Source: an uncultured Nitrospiraceae bacterium (lineage in GTDB: Bacteria > Nitrospirota > Nitrospiria > Nitrospirales > Nitrospiraceae). Taken from it: a stretch of 64,000 bases of DNA. The notes beneath the pieces were generated by a model, which did no database searches, was not told the DNA's origin, and saw only the letters and a program-made list of their open reading frames with translations. A program made the translations under genes and the position numbers. Shown here in pieces: positions 51,352 through 61,517 of the stretch. The stretch covers positions 608,001 through 672,000 of the forward strand of contig CAVPLT010000004.1 in assembly GCA_963706325.1 (NCBI GenBank), given 5' to 3'. Position 1 is the first letter of the stretch. Each line of letters begins with the position of its first letter.

Positions 51352-51968
51352 TGACGCAGATTGTGCTCGCTACCAGAAATCATCATAAGAAGCAGGAGCT
51401 TGTCGCACTGCTTCAGGATGTAAGCGTCCCTATTCGAACGCTGGATGATTTCCCCGGGGCGCCGGATGTCGTGGAGGATGGCGACACCTGTGAAGCGAAC
51501 GCCATGAAAAAAGCCGTAGAGATTGCACGCTACACGGGATTGCCGGCGGTCGCGGATGATACCGGCCTGGAAGTCGATGCGCTAGATGGACGACCTGGGG
51601 CCTTTGCGGCTCGGTACGCGGGGGAACATGCTAGTTATGAGGACAATTGCCGAAAACTGCTCCAGGAGCTTCGTGGGATTCCGGCAACAAAGCGCAGCGC
51701 TCGATTCGTAACGGTTGCGGCCATCGCATTTCCTGCCGGCGAGACCGCATCGGTACGAGGTGTCTTGGAAGGATCGATTGCCGAAGAGGCTGCCGGTTCT
51801 CATGGGTTTGGGTATGATCCGATTTTCATCGTACCGGAATATCAGCAAACGTTGGCTCAACTGCCGCCTGACGTGAAAAACAGTATCAGTCACCGTGCCC
51901 GTGCCTTTAGCGAGGTGAAGAGACTATTGACGCAGATGATGGCAGAACGGAGCTCAGTCGGGGCGTAG
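51351..51968 (+). CDS. rdgB: non-canonical purine NTP pyrophosphatase
   Basis: ATRNHHK, ADDTGLEVDAL, GFGYDPIF, SHR. Confidence 0.95.
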   Translation: MTQIVLATRNHHKKQELVALLQDVSVPIRTLDDFPGAPDVVEDGDTCEANAMKKAVEIARYTGLPAVADDTGLEVDALDGRPGAFAARYAGEHASYEDNCRKLLQELRGIPATKRSARFVTVAAIAFPAGETASVRGVLEGSIAEEAAGSHGFGYDPIFIVPEYQQTLAQLPPDVKNSISHRARAFSEVKRLLTQMMAERSSVGA

Positions 51969-51997
51969 CGCAACTCGGTAGCGCGCCTGCTTTGGGA
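51959..51997 (+). pseudogene. stranded 5' half of tRNA-Pro (attL)
   Basis: CGGGGCGTAGCGCAACTCGGTAGCGCGCCTGCTTTGGGA matches nt 1-39 of the tRNA at 59830 with 2 mismatches; ends exactly at the end of the anticodon loop. Confidence 0.9.
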
Positions 51998-52007
51998 TCA
52001 CAGGAGA

Positions 52008-52047
52008 CGGGGGTTACTCAAGTCACTGACGACTCGGGTAATCCCCG
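52008..52047 (+). terminator. hairpin just after attL
   Basis: CGGGGTTACTCAAGTC / GACTCGGGTAATCCCCG imperfect stem followed by a pyrimidine-rich tract. Confidence 0.4.
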
Positions 52048-52157
52048 CGCTAGTCTTGTAGATTTGCTTCGTGGTCCTCTCAGTTCTCTCTGTTGCTCTC
52101 CTCTTGCTTTCCACCCACTTTGTCCCTCTTCCTAACACTGTAATAACACCTGTTAAC

Positions 52158-52249
52158 ACGCCCCCCGGGGGTACCCTTGGGACAATGGGCGGGGGCGTCG
52201 CCTGTGGCGGGTACCAGTACCGTGTAATCCGGTCTTATCAAAAAGCCGA
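52158..52249 (+). repeat. ~90-bp GC-rich direct repeat, copy A
   Basis: ACGCCCCCCGGG..TACCCTTGGGAC..GGGGCGTCGCCTGT..GGGTACC..GTAA.CCGGTC; copy B at 53835-53918. Confidence 0.85.
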
Positions 52250-52260
52250 GTATGCAGCTT

Positions 52261-53427
52261 TCATTGCAATGGGCACGTACCGACGCACGGAACGCTCCAA
52301 CCGTTCCTACTAAGGAACACGTCTGCTGGATTTATCTTTAGGGGTCCATTTGCAGGGTCGGGGCACTCGGCTTGCCCCGTCGGGCAGTCTTTGAAGAGGA
52401 AGTCAAACGCCTCCGTCGATGGACCGTTGCATTGGGTATCGTAGCATGTGTCCCCAATCCAGGCGGGGCCACAGCCGAAATTATTGCTCACGGGATAGTT
52501 GATGGCAGGGTTGGGGTAGCCTCTAACCATTTTGAAATAACAGCCCTCAAGATCGTTCCTTATCAGCGGAACGACGATATGCCATCGCGTTGGAGAGAGG
52601 GTCTGCCACAACCACACCGCATAGCTCATCTCCCCAGCGGTACGCATCGCCTTCTGCTGCTCATCCGTCGGCGCAGTGCCTACGATGGACGCGGCAAACG
52701 CGTTCAATTGTGACCAATCGGTGACGACCTGGTGGTGAGTATCATTGTTGCCGTTCAGCGCCGTGTTGTACATGATCGCGAGCTTGCCTTTCACTTCGCC
52801 GACCGCCAGGTTCGGGTCCGAAGGAAAGCCACCGTGCTTACCAATATAGTTCGAGACTTGGTTAAAGACATTTGAAAACACGGGCGGAAGACCGACGACC
52901 GCGCCACCGATGGCTAATCCGACCCCGAGGAACAACTGCGTCAGATTTGCGGCTATTTGGCCGGCAGGGTCCACATTCTGCAATTTGGCGGAGACCGAAT
53001 CGACATCGAAATCCGTCTCTGCAAAGATTTGCGTCAGCAGCGTCTGGCTGCCCGTGGGACCCAGTAGCCAATCATTGGCGGTTTGGACATAGCTCAGCTC
53101 GGTCCTGATTTGTGCTGCGACCGGGGTCCAGTTGGCAGCGATGCACGTCGGTGGAGGCGACAGGGCACGCAAGTTCCCTTGCAGGGTCGCAATAAGGCCG
53201 GAATCAGTCAGTTCGTCGTAGTGGCTGCGGAGGTCTGTGCCATAGGTGCCCGGCGACGTGCTGATGTTCGTGCTGAGGTACTGATAGCAGGCATTCTGAT
53301 CGCCGGGAAACGGCGGGAAACTGGGCTGGCCGGCGTGAGCGTGTCCGCCAAGCACGGTCGCAAGCATCATCACCCCTGGGAGCAGCTTCCATGTCCAGGC
53401 GCTATGTTGTCCTGAGCGCATAAGCAT
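52261..53427 (-). CDS. secreted Cys-rich hypothetical protein with an internal hydrophobic hairpin
   Basis: Signal ...LATVLGGHAHA; LFLGVGLAIGGAVVGLPPVF; Cys-rich C-terminus. Confidence 0.8.
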   Translation of the reverse strand: MLMRSGQHSAWTWKLLPGVMMLATVLGGHAHAGQPSFPPFPGDQNACYQYLSTNISTSPGTYGTDLRSHYDELTDSGLIATLQGNLRALSPPPTCIAANWTPVAAQIRTELSYVQTANDWLLGPTGSQTLLTQIFAETDFDVDSVSAKLQNVDPAGQIAANLTQLFLGVGLAIGGAVVGLPPVFSNVFNQVSNYIGKHGGFPSDPNLAVGEVKGKLAIMYNTALNGNNDTHHQVVTDWSQLNAFAASIVGTAPTDEQQKAMRTAGEMSYAVWLWQTLSPTRWHIVVPLIRNDLEGCYFKMVRGYPNPAINYPVSNNFGCGPAWIGDTCYDTQCNGPSTEAFDFLFKDCPTGQAECPDPANGPLKINPADVFLSRNGWSVPCVGTCPLQ

Positions 53428-53834
53428 TTTTACAAAGACCCCTTTTGGGCGGGAAGATATAACTCTTCCTGTTAGCTGCCAGTCGCGACGTATACGTACT
53501 CACAGATCATTGTGGGGAGAGCAAGAATACGCAATCGACCTATAGGTAGTCAACTACGCGAGACGCCGGTCCGGGATCGGGATTTTGAGGCGATTCATCG
53601 GTCTGACCCGCCCGGATGCGGGGTTTTTACCGGACTACTGCGAGGCGGCCTTTTGACGTGTTACACCGGTATGCGAATGGGCGACGTGTTCTATCATCTT
53701 GACTGAAAGCAGGTAAAACCTCATTCAGGGAAAGCTGGTATTGCCCTGAATTGCATAAGGCGACGCTTCTGCGCTTGCGGGGGGCGCATCCAGGGCACAC
53801 CTGACTGTCCTTACAGCATGTGCAAAACACGTTG

Positions 53835-53918
53835 ACGCCCCCCGGGATACCCTTGGGACGATGGCAGGGGCGTCGCCTGTGCGGGTACCGCGTAACCCGG
53901 TCCCAGCAAAAGAGCCGG
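53835..53918 (+). repeat. ~90-bp direct repeat, copy B
   Basis: Colinear with 52158-52249. Confidence 0.85.
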
Positions 53919-54198
53919 GGGGTGCCCCTTGTTTGACCTCCTTCAACGGTCTGACTGGCATAATTGTTAGAAATTGAGTATGTGACTAGTCTGGTGATGC
54001 CATGCGCATCTGCCACCGGCGGTTTACAAAAAACCAGGTCAGCCGGAGGTACCAAAACCCCAACTCCGTACGCCAATGCGGGAAGGCAAAGAGTAGCGCG
54101 ACAAGCATCTGTCCAAACTTTAGACAGCGAGATAAGCGGTACTGATTACCGGCGTGTCGTACCTTTTTCTTATCCATTACGGTTCTCGGGGCGGCGAA

Positions 54199-54711
54199 CT
54201 AGCGTGTGTGCGCAAGATGAGCCAAAACCGGCTGGTTCCTCATCGTCTCTTGTAGAGACCTAATGAATGCGACCGACGAGGTTTCGCCCGCGTCCATGAG
54301 CCCTCGATAGTGTTCTTGGGCCAGCGCAAAAAACGCCGGGTGCTTGTCGGCTGGTACGCCCATCATAGTGGCCAAGACAGCCAGATGCTCTCCGCCGCCT
54401 TGTGCCATATCCTGGGATAGGGTATCAAACGCGCTCGCGACGAACATATTCGCCGTCTGTTCTGCCATCACCTTCCCATCGTTCGTGCAGCCGGAGGTGC
54501 CAAAGCTGATGCCAAAGGTTTGACTGCCGAACGTACCGTTGGTGGTGGCCATCATCACTTGGGGGGCGATGTTCTTGGGAGTTTTATATTCTCCCCAGGC
54601 CAGTTTCCCCAATCCGCACCCAGGCCCATTGTCAGGAATCCCCGCGACGCTCACAGTGACATCAAGCATGAGCAGCACACCTGCGAGTAGAGTGACCGAT
54701 AATGTTTTCAT
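54199..54711 (-). CDS. DUF3015-family exported protein
   Basis: GPGCGLGK...TTNGTFGSQTFGISFGTSGC...DMAQGGGEHL. Confidence 0.85.
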   Translation of the reverse strand: MKTLSVTLLAGVLLMLDVTVSVAGIPDNGPGCGLGKLAWGEYKTPKNIAPQVMMATTNGTFGSQTFGISFGTSGCTNDGKVMAEQTANMFVASAFDTLSQDMAQGGGEHLAVLATMMGVPADKHPAFFALAQEHYRGLMDAGETSSVAFIRSLQETMRNQPVLAHLAHTR

Positions 54712-54794
54712 AGCGCCTCCCGTGAGATGGTGATTAATCGACATCCTAACTTACGTCTCTTTCCGTGACTGTCAATCGGAAAACCATTTGTCGA

Positions 54795-54935
54795 TCACAC
54801 CACTCCCAGACAGAGACTCACCGCAATTCCCAACACCATGACTGAGACGAGGAATTGAATGGTCCGATATGTCATTTTCTCGACCAGATAACTTCCCGTC
54901 AATGTTCCGGCCAAGGCTGATGCCATGGCAGCGAA
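54795..54935 (-). pseudogene. C-terminal fragment of a TauE/SafE-like membrane protein
   Basis: ALAGTLTGSYLVEKMTYRTIQFLVSVMVLGIAVSLCLGVV. Confidence 0.4.
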
Positions 54936-55184
54936 AACAGTGAAGCGTTGCGCATGCATCGTCGCCGTCGGTAATTTCACCCCGTAAGCCGTGAGCCGCG
55001 ACGATCGCCAGCTTCAAAACTGGATAGCTAAAGGGAATCGGTGTCGATAAATAAATTGCACATGTGAATAGCCTGCCATCAATCCTCACACCTCTCTAAC
55101 AGGCACGACTGTAATAATTTGCCTCTGCTTCCGTCTTAGTTGGCGAAGGCGCAATTACGCTTCTCATCTACTATAGGAGGCCCG

Positions 55185-55673
55185 ATGAATGCCACGACGC
55201 ATGCACACCATCACCATTCTGTCGCCCACGTCCCTTCCCTCAATCAATTATCCGTGTCTGCCACAGTGCATTGCTTGACCGGCTGCGGCATCGGTGAAGT
55301 ATTGGGCATGGTGATTTCGACTATGCTGGGCTGGGGGACGGTAGCTTCCATCGGCATTTCGGTCGCGTTGGCCTTTACGATTGGCTACGCCTTTACGCTC
55401 GTTCCGCTCCTACGCGGAGGAATGGGCTGGGGGATGGCGGCCTCCCTCGCATTGGCCTCCGATACCGTATCAATGACGGTCATGGAAATCGCGGACAATG
55501 CGATCATGCTGTTGATTCCTGGGGCGATGGACGCCGGGTTAACGGATGTCCTGTTCTGGGGAAGTTTGGCTCTCTCGTTGGGAGTCGCGTTTGTGGCTGC
55601 GGTGCCGGTGAATAGATGGCTGATCGCCCGAGGCAAGGGGCATGCGGTCATTCACGAACATCATTGCCACTGA
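55185..55673 (+). CDS. DUF4396 His-rich membrane protein
   Basis: HAHHHH; ATVHCLTGCGIGEVLG; PVNRWLIARGKGHA; AGGAGG RBS. Confidence 0.88.
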   Translation: MNATTHAHHHHSVAHVPSLNQLSVSATVHCLTGCGIGEVLGMVISTMLGWGTVASIGISVALAFTIGYAFTLVPLLRGGMGWGMAASLALASDTVSMTVMEIADNAIMLLIPGAMDAGLTDVLFWGSLALSLGVAFVAAVPVNRWLIARGKGHAVIHEHHCH

Positions 55674-56528
55674 GATTGTAGTCTGGGGGGGAGTTCCAAT
55701 CTTACGAAATCTGGGCCGGTGCGGCCGCTCGGCATTGATGGCGACTGCCGTATTTCGGCTGCGTTCTAACCTGTGGGGGGGAGCCCTTGCGCGGCCTTCT
55801 GCCCCCACCGAATAGGCATACATGGGACCCGCGTGATAGGGACGCCATTTGGTTCATAAAAAATAAAAGAGGCCGGTAGCGTCAGAACATTCTGCATGCT
55901 AATGCAGTACGGCAGCAATACATGCCGGTGACTTTTCCACCTTGAATGGGATGAACGCTAGGAGTGAGGCGTACGACTATACTCTTACATACTCAGAGGC
56001 AGAGCATCGTCCCCTGGTATGGTCAGTCACCGAGCTGGAAGCCAAGCGTGTGACGAAACCAGCCCCTTTTGTTGAATCGTCTTTTGAAAAGGCCAGCGCG
56101 AGCACAAAGCACCACAGCAACGCGGCAGCACCGAGGAGCAATCCTAACGTGACAAACAACATAGCGGCTTTTAAATCCCTTCCTGTCTACCCAATGTTAT
56201 GTGAATAAGGGAGGTCTGTGGCGAATGGCAACCCTACCGGCCCAGCGACCACTCGCAAAGTGTTTTCTTAAAAAGAGGGCGGGGTAGTGATCCAGTCTAG
56301 CGTTTACTGGTCGAAGGCCGTGGTTCTACGGTGGCGGAATAATACAACGATAGGACCCATGTTATTACAAATCTCACGTTCTCGCTCCTTGAGAGAGACA
56401 TCCTGGCACCTTCCTCATCTGAGTGTAGCCCAAGGTAGAAAAGAGCGTGCGTAGAATTGGAAATCTCGCAAAGTCCAAAAATTCATTAACATCTATTGGG
56501 ATACTCAACTGCATAGAACCTAAGCTGT

Positions 56529-56749
56529 ATGCTGCGAGCAATTGGGGAGCGAAAGAACAGACCGAAAAATTGCTGACTTTTTCGCTGTGGCTTTAGCAGT
56601 CGGGAAGCTATTGCACGCTAAAACACCCTTGAGTGCTATTCAGCGAGACTGTCTAGTTAAATGCCATTGGTGAGGTTCAGACATTCTTCGACGCATGGGA
56701 GACTCAATCAGCTCATCACTGGGAATATTTCCAAAATGATGGAGCCTAA
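56529..56749 (+). pseudogene. frameshifted small helical protein, paralog of 56874-57215
   Basis: IADFFAVAL...PLSAIQRDCLV/NAIGEVQTFFDAW. Confidence 0.4.
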
Positions 56750-56873
56750 AACGGTTGAGCCTCAGTAGCGTGCACACCAAGGAATCCAGCTAGTTGTCGC
56801 CATGCAGTCTCTTGCCTAAAGTCACGAACATGAAGCTAAATCAACTGATCACCTGATCGCGGATGTACTCTCG

Positions 56874-57215
56874 ATGGCCATGGACATTCGACAGCATGTC
56901 GAAGATCGGCGGAGGGGTCTGACCCCCTTGCAGATGGATGGACTGTCAAATGCCGTCCTTGCGATCCATAATTACCTCCGTTCCTGGAAGGCTCACGAAC
57001 TGGGGCTCAGAGAAGCTTCGTTAATCCGCGCCTCCACCGCTCCCGCCAGTCCCCGCACAAAGGAATCATGCCATGCTGAAAATCCCATCAGAGAAATCGT
57101 TGAAGCTCATCTGAGTGCTGATGCGGATTGTCCACAGCCATCCATCAATGAGTCATCTAAAGGTAGTGGCCGCTTATGGAATGCGGGCGGGGAGTGTAAG
57201 AACAGGTTTCGGTGA
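56874..57215 (+). CDS. hypothetical protein (N-terminus probably disrupted)
   Basis: LTPLQMDGLSNAVLAIHNYLRSW; in-frame IADVLS lies just upstream of the called start. Confidence 0.45.
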   Translation: MAMDIRQHVEDRRRGLTPLQMDGLSNAVLAIHNYLRSWKAHELGLREASLIRASTAPASPRTKESCHAENPIREIVEAHLSADADCPQPSINESSKGSGRLWNAGGECKNRFR

Positions 57216-57395
57216 GGTTACTGTGTAATGTGCGCAGTGTTTGCAGAGGACGGAAAAATAAAAGTCGGGGTCATAGCGTTCGTGGATGTGCTCTTTGGGA
57301 GTCTCAGGTAGCGGACTTAGTTTAGAGAGCCCAATCACGATCTTCCCCCTGCATGCTGGATTCTCACACTTCACGACCTTCTGCCTTTTCGTCAT
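57174..57395 (-). CDS. small zinc-finger protein, 73 aa
   Basis: CENPAC...CKHC; GGGGAG RBS. Confidence 0.6.
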   Translation of the reverse strand: MTKRQKVVKCENPACRGKIVIGLSKLSPLPETPKEHIHERYDPDFYFSVLCKHCAHYTVTSPKPVLTLPARIP

Positions 57396-57478
57396 GGAAC
57401 TCCCCCCCAGGCCATTCTCCGTTGTGGGCTTCCCTCTGTTCCATTCTCAATAATGAGAATTGATTCCTGCGTGGCACA

Positions 57479-57727
57479 TCAGGTTGTCAATGAAGGGAAC
57501 TGGGAATCAATCCATTCAATGGCCAGCTTTTTAGCCACCGTATCCGCAGCCTCTTGGGTGGGCAAGAGATCCTTAGGGTTCCCGGCAATAGTGTGCTCCG
57601 TTCCATTTCCCTCGGAACGCTTCACCGTAACCTTCGGAATCCACCCGATCTTGCGTCGGTACGATCGCAATTCTATCAGCCAGGTTTTATGGAGAAGTGG
57701 TGGCAGATCAGTCATTTCAGTGTTCAC
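57479..57727 (-). CDS. hypothetical protein, 82 aa
   Basis: ...TQEAADTVAKKLAIEWID. Confidence 0.55.
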   Translation of the reverse strand: MNTEMTDLPPLLHKTWLIELRSYRRKIGWIPKVTVKRSEGNGTEHTIAGNPKDLLPTQEAADTVAKKLAIEWIDSQFPSLTT

Positions 57728-57829
57728 CTGCCCCCCACGCCCTGGGCGAGTTAGAGGTCCTGTTGCGTGGTACCGAGCCGTCCTGTCGCTGGCAGTCGGG
57801 ATTCACTCGATACGGTCAACGCACCCAGC

Positions 57830-58237
57830 TTATTTATCGGCATAACCCCATGCTTGGGCAGAGAAGGACAATGTCCCTGTGTTTGCCTTCCATTGAATCT
57901 GAAAGCATAGCTTCTCACCAGCTTGTATTGGAATCGGCCCCTGCACAGTCCCAACAAATATCCCAGAGCCATCCGCATGCACGCGAGCGGACGGAAAAAT
58001 TGGTATCGAGATATTAGCCTTGGGTGTGGGACTGTCGTCTCGCACTACCATCCATGCCGACAGATTCTCGATTGGCCCTTCCTCCTGGATCCAAACGCTG
58101 GCCATTTGCAGCATGAACGCTTTCTTGTCCCCAAGATCCACAACTTTCAGTTCCGCATGAGCGTTATTTCCCCCGCTCGACACCGAACTTGCGAGTCGAA
58201 TGATCTCCTTAGGAACGCTAAAGAATTTCTCCGACAT
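57830..58237 (-). CDS. beta-rich hypothetical protein
   Basis: GAGAGGA RBS; clean ORF. Confidence 0.6.
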   Translation of the reverse strand: MSEKFFSVPKEIIRLASSVSSGGNNAHAELKVVDLGDKKAFMLQMASVWIQEEGPIENLSAWMVVRDDSPTPKANISIPIFPSARVHADGSGIFVGTVQGPIPIQAGEKLCFQIQWKANTGTLSFSAQAWGYADK

Positions 58238-58503
58238 AAATCTCCTCTCGTTTTTGACCGCCACCTTTACGTGAGCAGCGATCAGATGGGCAAGCTAGCA
58301 CGATTTGCTAGGCCATGAAAACAAAAGGCGGTGAGAACCCGGGGGCAGGGTCACGGAAACGGGATTGGGGGTTTGTGCATGGCGCCCGCTGGCACGGACG
58401 GACCATGACAGTGCATCCAGAATTCGACTTGCCTTCACAGCATCTTTGACCCCGATTCCCGATTTTGTTATACATTGTGAATGTTTCATTACAGGGGAGT
58501 TAC

Positions 58504-58827
58504 ATGATGCAGCCGTCGCGAGAGAATGAGAAAGCAAAGAAGAAAACATCAAAGGTGGAAGCCAAGAAGACCGCTAGCTCGAAGCCCAAGGATTCACTAC
58601 GCCAGCGGCCCACCACTTCTTCACCTCCGCCTCCACTCTCAGCCGTTCCGGAACCTCCTTCAACAGGACCAGTGTTGACACAAGAGGAATATCGGGCGCG
58701 TGTCGCCCGGAAAGCGTTTGAGCTATTCCAGAAGCGGCAGGCTCTTACAGAGGTGGACGATTGGGTAGAGGCAGAACGCTTGGTCAAGCTGCAACTGCTA
58801 GATGAGCAACAGGGGGCATCCGTCTAA
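58504..58827 (+). CDS. DUF2934-domain protein
   Basis: RVARKAFELFQKR...DDWVEAERLV. Confidence 0.75.
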   Translation: MMQPSRENEKAKKKTSKVEAKKTASSKPKDSLRQRPTTSSPPPPLSAVPEPPSTGPVLTQEEYRARVARKAFELFQKRQALTEVDDWVEAERLVKLQLLDEQQGASV

Positions 58828-58875
58828 ATTTCGGTGCTCGGTACTTCTCAACGGCGATTGCCTAAAGAACTACCT

Positions 58876-59073
58876 ATGTCACTTCCAGATATTCTTCGAT
58901 GCCCATGTGGGTTTGCGATTGCCACAAGCGCGTATGAAATGGAGTGGCCGGATGCAGCCGTTGACGCTGGGAAGATTGTGGAGGAACCCAACCCAAAGTA
59001 CCGGGAATATAGTTATGCTTGTGTTGAGTGTGGACGGTTCATAGTCAATCGCCAACCCCCAAAGCCGAAATGA
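58876..59073 (+). CDS. small zinc-ribbon protein
   Basis: CPCG...CVECG. Confidence 0.55.
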   Translation: MSLPDILRCPCGFAIATSAYEMEWPDAAVDAGKIVEEPNPKYREYSYACVECGRFIVNRQPPKPK

Positions 59074-59191
59074 CCCGCCTTCCACTAGTGGGTGAGACCA
59101 ACTCATATTTGCAGTGACCCACCGAGCTGACCACAACGCCAAGGCGGCGCGGAAGTTGGCGACGATGGGGGTGGGCATGCACTACAAATGA

Positions 59192-59829
59192 ATGTCAACT
59201 TTCCTGAGCCGTATATGGTCTCTTCGGATTGCTACTTCCGAAGAATGGGAACGGCTTCAAGCTGTGGCTGCCCCCCATTTGAAACGATTTCTGACAATAG
59301 CCTACGTTGTGGGGCCTCGGCGAGGGGAGTTGCTCAAGTTGGAATGGCCTGATGTCGATATGAAGAGTAAGGAATTTACGTTGCGGCACACGAAAAACGG
59401 GGAGACACGGACTGTGCCTATGACCCCGATCGTGTATCAAGTATTCCTTGAACTGTGGACGGAACGTCGCCTAGACACTCATCGTGTGTTCCTGTATAAA
59501 GGAAAGCCATGGAAGAATCCCCGAACTGCCTTCGCCGCTGCGTGTCGCCGAGCTGGGATCAAGTGCGGACGACAGGGAGGGGGACTAACTCAGCATGACT
59601 TTCGGCATACCGCCAGTACGAATCTGAGGCGAGCCGGTGTCGATACCATGACCGCCATGAAGATTGTGGGACATAAGAGCGAGCAGATGCATCGACGGTA
59701 TAACACGATCGAGCCAGCAGACCTCCATGAAGCTGCCGCGAAGCTCCATCGGTACGCGGCTAACACGCTAATAACACCTCCCGATTCTGGTGCGGCTCAG
59801 TCACCTGCAAGTGCTGGAAATCATTCAGT

Positions 59830-59839
<10 letters not shown>
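59192..59839 (+). pseudogene. tyrosine integrase, catalytic domain only (N-terminus missing)
   Basis: GPRRGEL, TKNGE, HDFRH, GHKS, RRYN; 215 aa; stop codon lies inside the tRNA. Confidence 0.85.
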
Positions 59840-59907
<68 letters not shown>

Positions 59908-59912
59908 CAATT

Positions 59913-61097
59913 TCAACCACTTGCGTCGTCTTCGCGGTTCTCTCCATCCCCCTCCGTTCCGGTTCCTGTCACGGTTAGACTTGAATTCTCTCTCGCCTCT
60001 GTCCGTTCCAGGTCCGGCCTGATCCGTCCACTGCTTGTCCTTCCCAAACCCTGACACGCCCTCAAGCGCACCGTGTAGATGAGTGGGGGAGAGGTGGGCG
60101 TATCGTGCAACCAAGTCTGTTCCGCTATGTCGAAGGAGCGCGGCAATGGTACTAGGAGCCTGTCCGTTCATGGCGAGCCGTGAGGCGAACGTATGCCGCA
60201 ACGTGTGCCAGGTGACGCCATCCAGCTCGGCGCCTTCAGGGCCGTCATATAGATCCGACCATAGAAGTTATCGGGGTCGAGGTGAGTCTTGGGGTTCTGA
60301 CTGGGGAACACCCAGACGGATGTATTCCCGGGGATGAGGCTTCTCAGAATCTCCTTGGCCTCTTTCACCAAGTGCACGTATTGCACCATCTTTGACTTGG
60401 TCTGAGGGAGGGTAATCAACCCTCGGTCTAGATCAATGTCGGCCCATCGTAGGCTGAACTGCTCAGACTTCCTCAAGCCCGTGAGAATGGCTAGCCGGAT
60501 CCAGGCATCATACGGGTGACCGATCGCCTGACACAGCTTTGTCTCTTCCTCAATGGAGAGGAAGCGAGTTTTGCCCGCTCGTACCGTGGGCAGCTTGACG
60601 CTGCTGAAAGGGCTTTTCTCAATCATGCCTCGCCCGATGGCCCACCGAAACACATGCCGAAGGAACTTAAGATAATGCACAATGGTTTGGGGCGTGTAGA
60701 GCTTCGCGGCCAGGTCTGCCATGGCTTGATCGAGCATGGTCGCCGTGACGGCGTGTAGGGCCTTCCCTGTGAGACGGTCTGTCCACCAGCGCCCATAAAA
60801 GGTCTCATCCGCAATGGTGGACGGCTTCTTTCCACTGGTGGGGAGTGTGGCGAGATACGCGGCAATCACCGATGAGGCTGATTCCTTCCCGCCATGCCGA
60901 TAGCGCTCCGGGAAAAACCGTCCGTCCTTCTGGTCTTGCTTCGACTTCTCATAGAAGTTTCGGGCTGCCGTTTTCGTCGAGAAACTGCCGAATCGCCGCT
61001 CCTTCCCTTCGTGATAGAGCCGCACATTCCATACTGTCTTACCCGTCGAATCTTTCCTTGCCAGCAAGCCCCGATCTTTTCTCCCTGCTCGTGCCAT
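59913..61097 (-). pseudogene. tyrosine integrase with frameshift(s) at ~60230 (possibly a second near the 3' end)
   Basis: Arm and core domains plus TGLRKSEQ, TKSK in one frame; WHTLRHTFASRL..LLRH..RYAHL in another. Confidence 0.88.
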
Positions 61098-61101
61098 ACC
61101 T

Positions 61102-61239
61102 CACCGTCCTTTCTGTAAATCCTGAACCACCAGATGAACGAATGTAGCCGGATATCGTGAAGCCCTTGAGCCGCAAGGCATCGAGCTGCGCCTTGAGCGT
61201 CACGGGCAGTTGAATCAGGATCTTGGTCTGTTTCATCAT
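61102..61239 (-). pseudogene. small RHH-type regulator, one extra base at ~61137
   Basis: MKQTKILIQLPVTLKAQLDALRLKGFTISGYIR/HLVVQDLQKGR*; GGAGG RBS. Confidence 0.6.
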
Positions 61240-61341
61240 GCCTCCAAGCTGAGTAGCGTGATAGCAGTCTATCAATCTATATATACGACAATCAATCTAG
61301 ACTGTTGACGAGCTAGCAATCTGTCCTGTACCGTTCGCCGC

Positions 61342-61509
61342 ATGGCACGAGAAAAAGCAGAAGGGAAGAAGGCGTATGGATTGCGCCTCGACCAGGCACT
61401 GATGCGCGAGCTGTCGCACCTGGGAGTGGATGAAGACCGCTGGCTGAATGAATTGGTCGAGGAGGCGGTTCGGGACCTGTTGAAGAAATATAAAGAGAAG
61501 CGAAAATAA
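61342..61509 (+). CDS. ribbon-helix-helix repressor-like protein, 55 aa
   Basis: Manual translation: MAREKAEGKKAYGLRLDQALMRELSHLGVDEDRWLNELVEEAVRDLLKKYKEKRK. Confidence 0.8.
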   Translation: MAREKAEGKKAYGLRLDQALMRELSHLGVDEDRWLNELVEEAVRDLLKKYKEKRK

Positions 61510-61517
61510 GACCGCGC

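Noticed and set aside
51959..52060. Intron-containing or trans-spliced tRNA
   Set aside because: No separate 3' half and no group I intron core is visible. The break point, a complete copy 7.9 kb away and an integrase are better explained by an att site.
52158..52249. Definite phage cos site
   Set aside because: Only a general GC-rich resemblance, with no match to a cos sequence I can verify; kept as an unassigned repeat.
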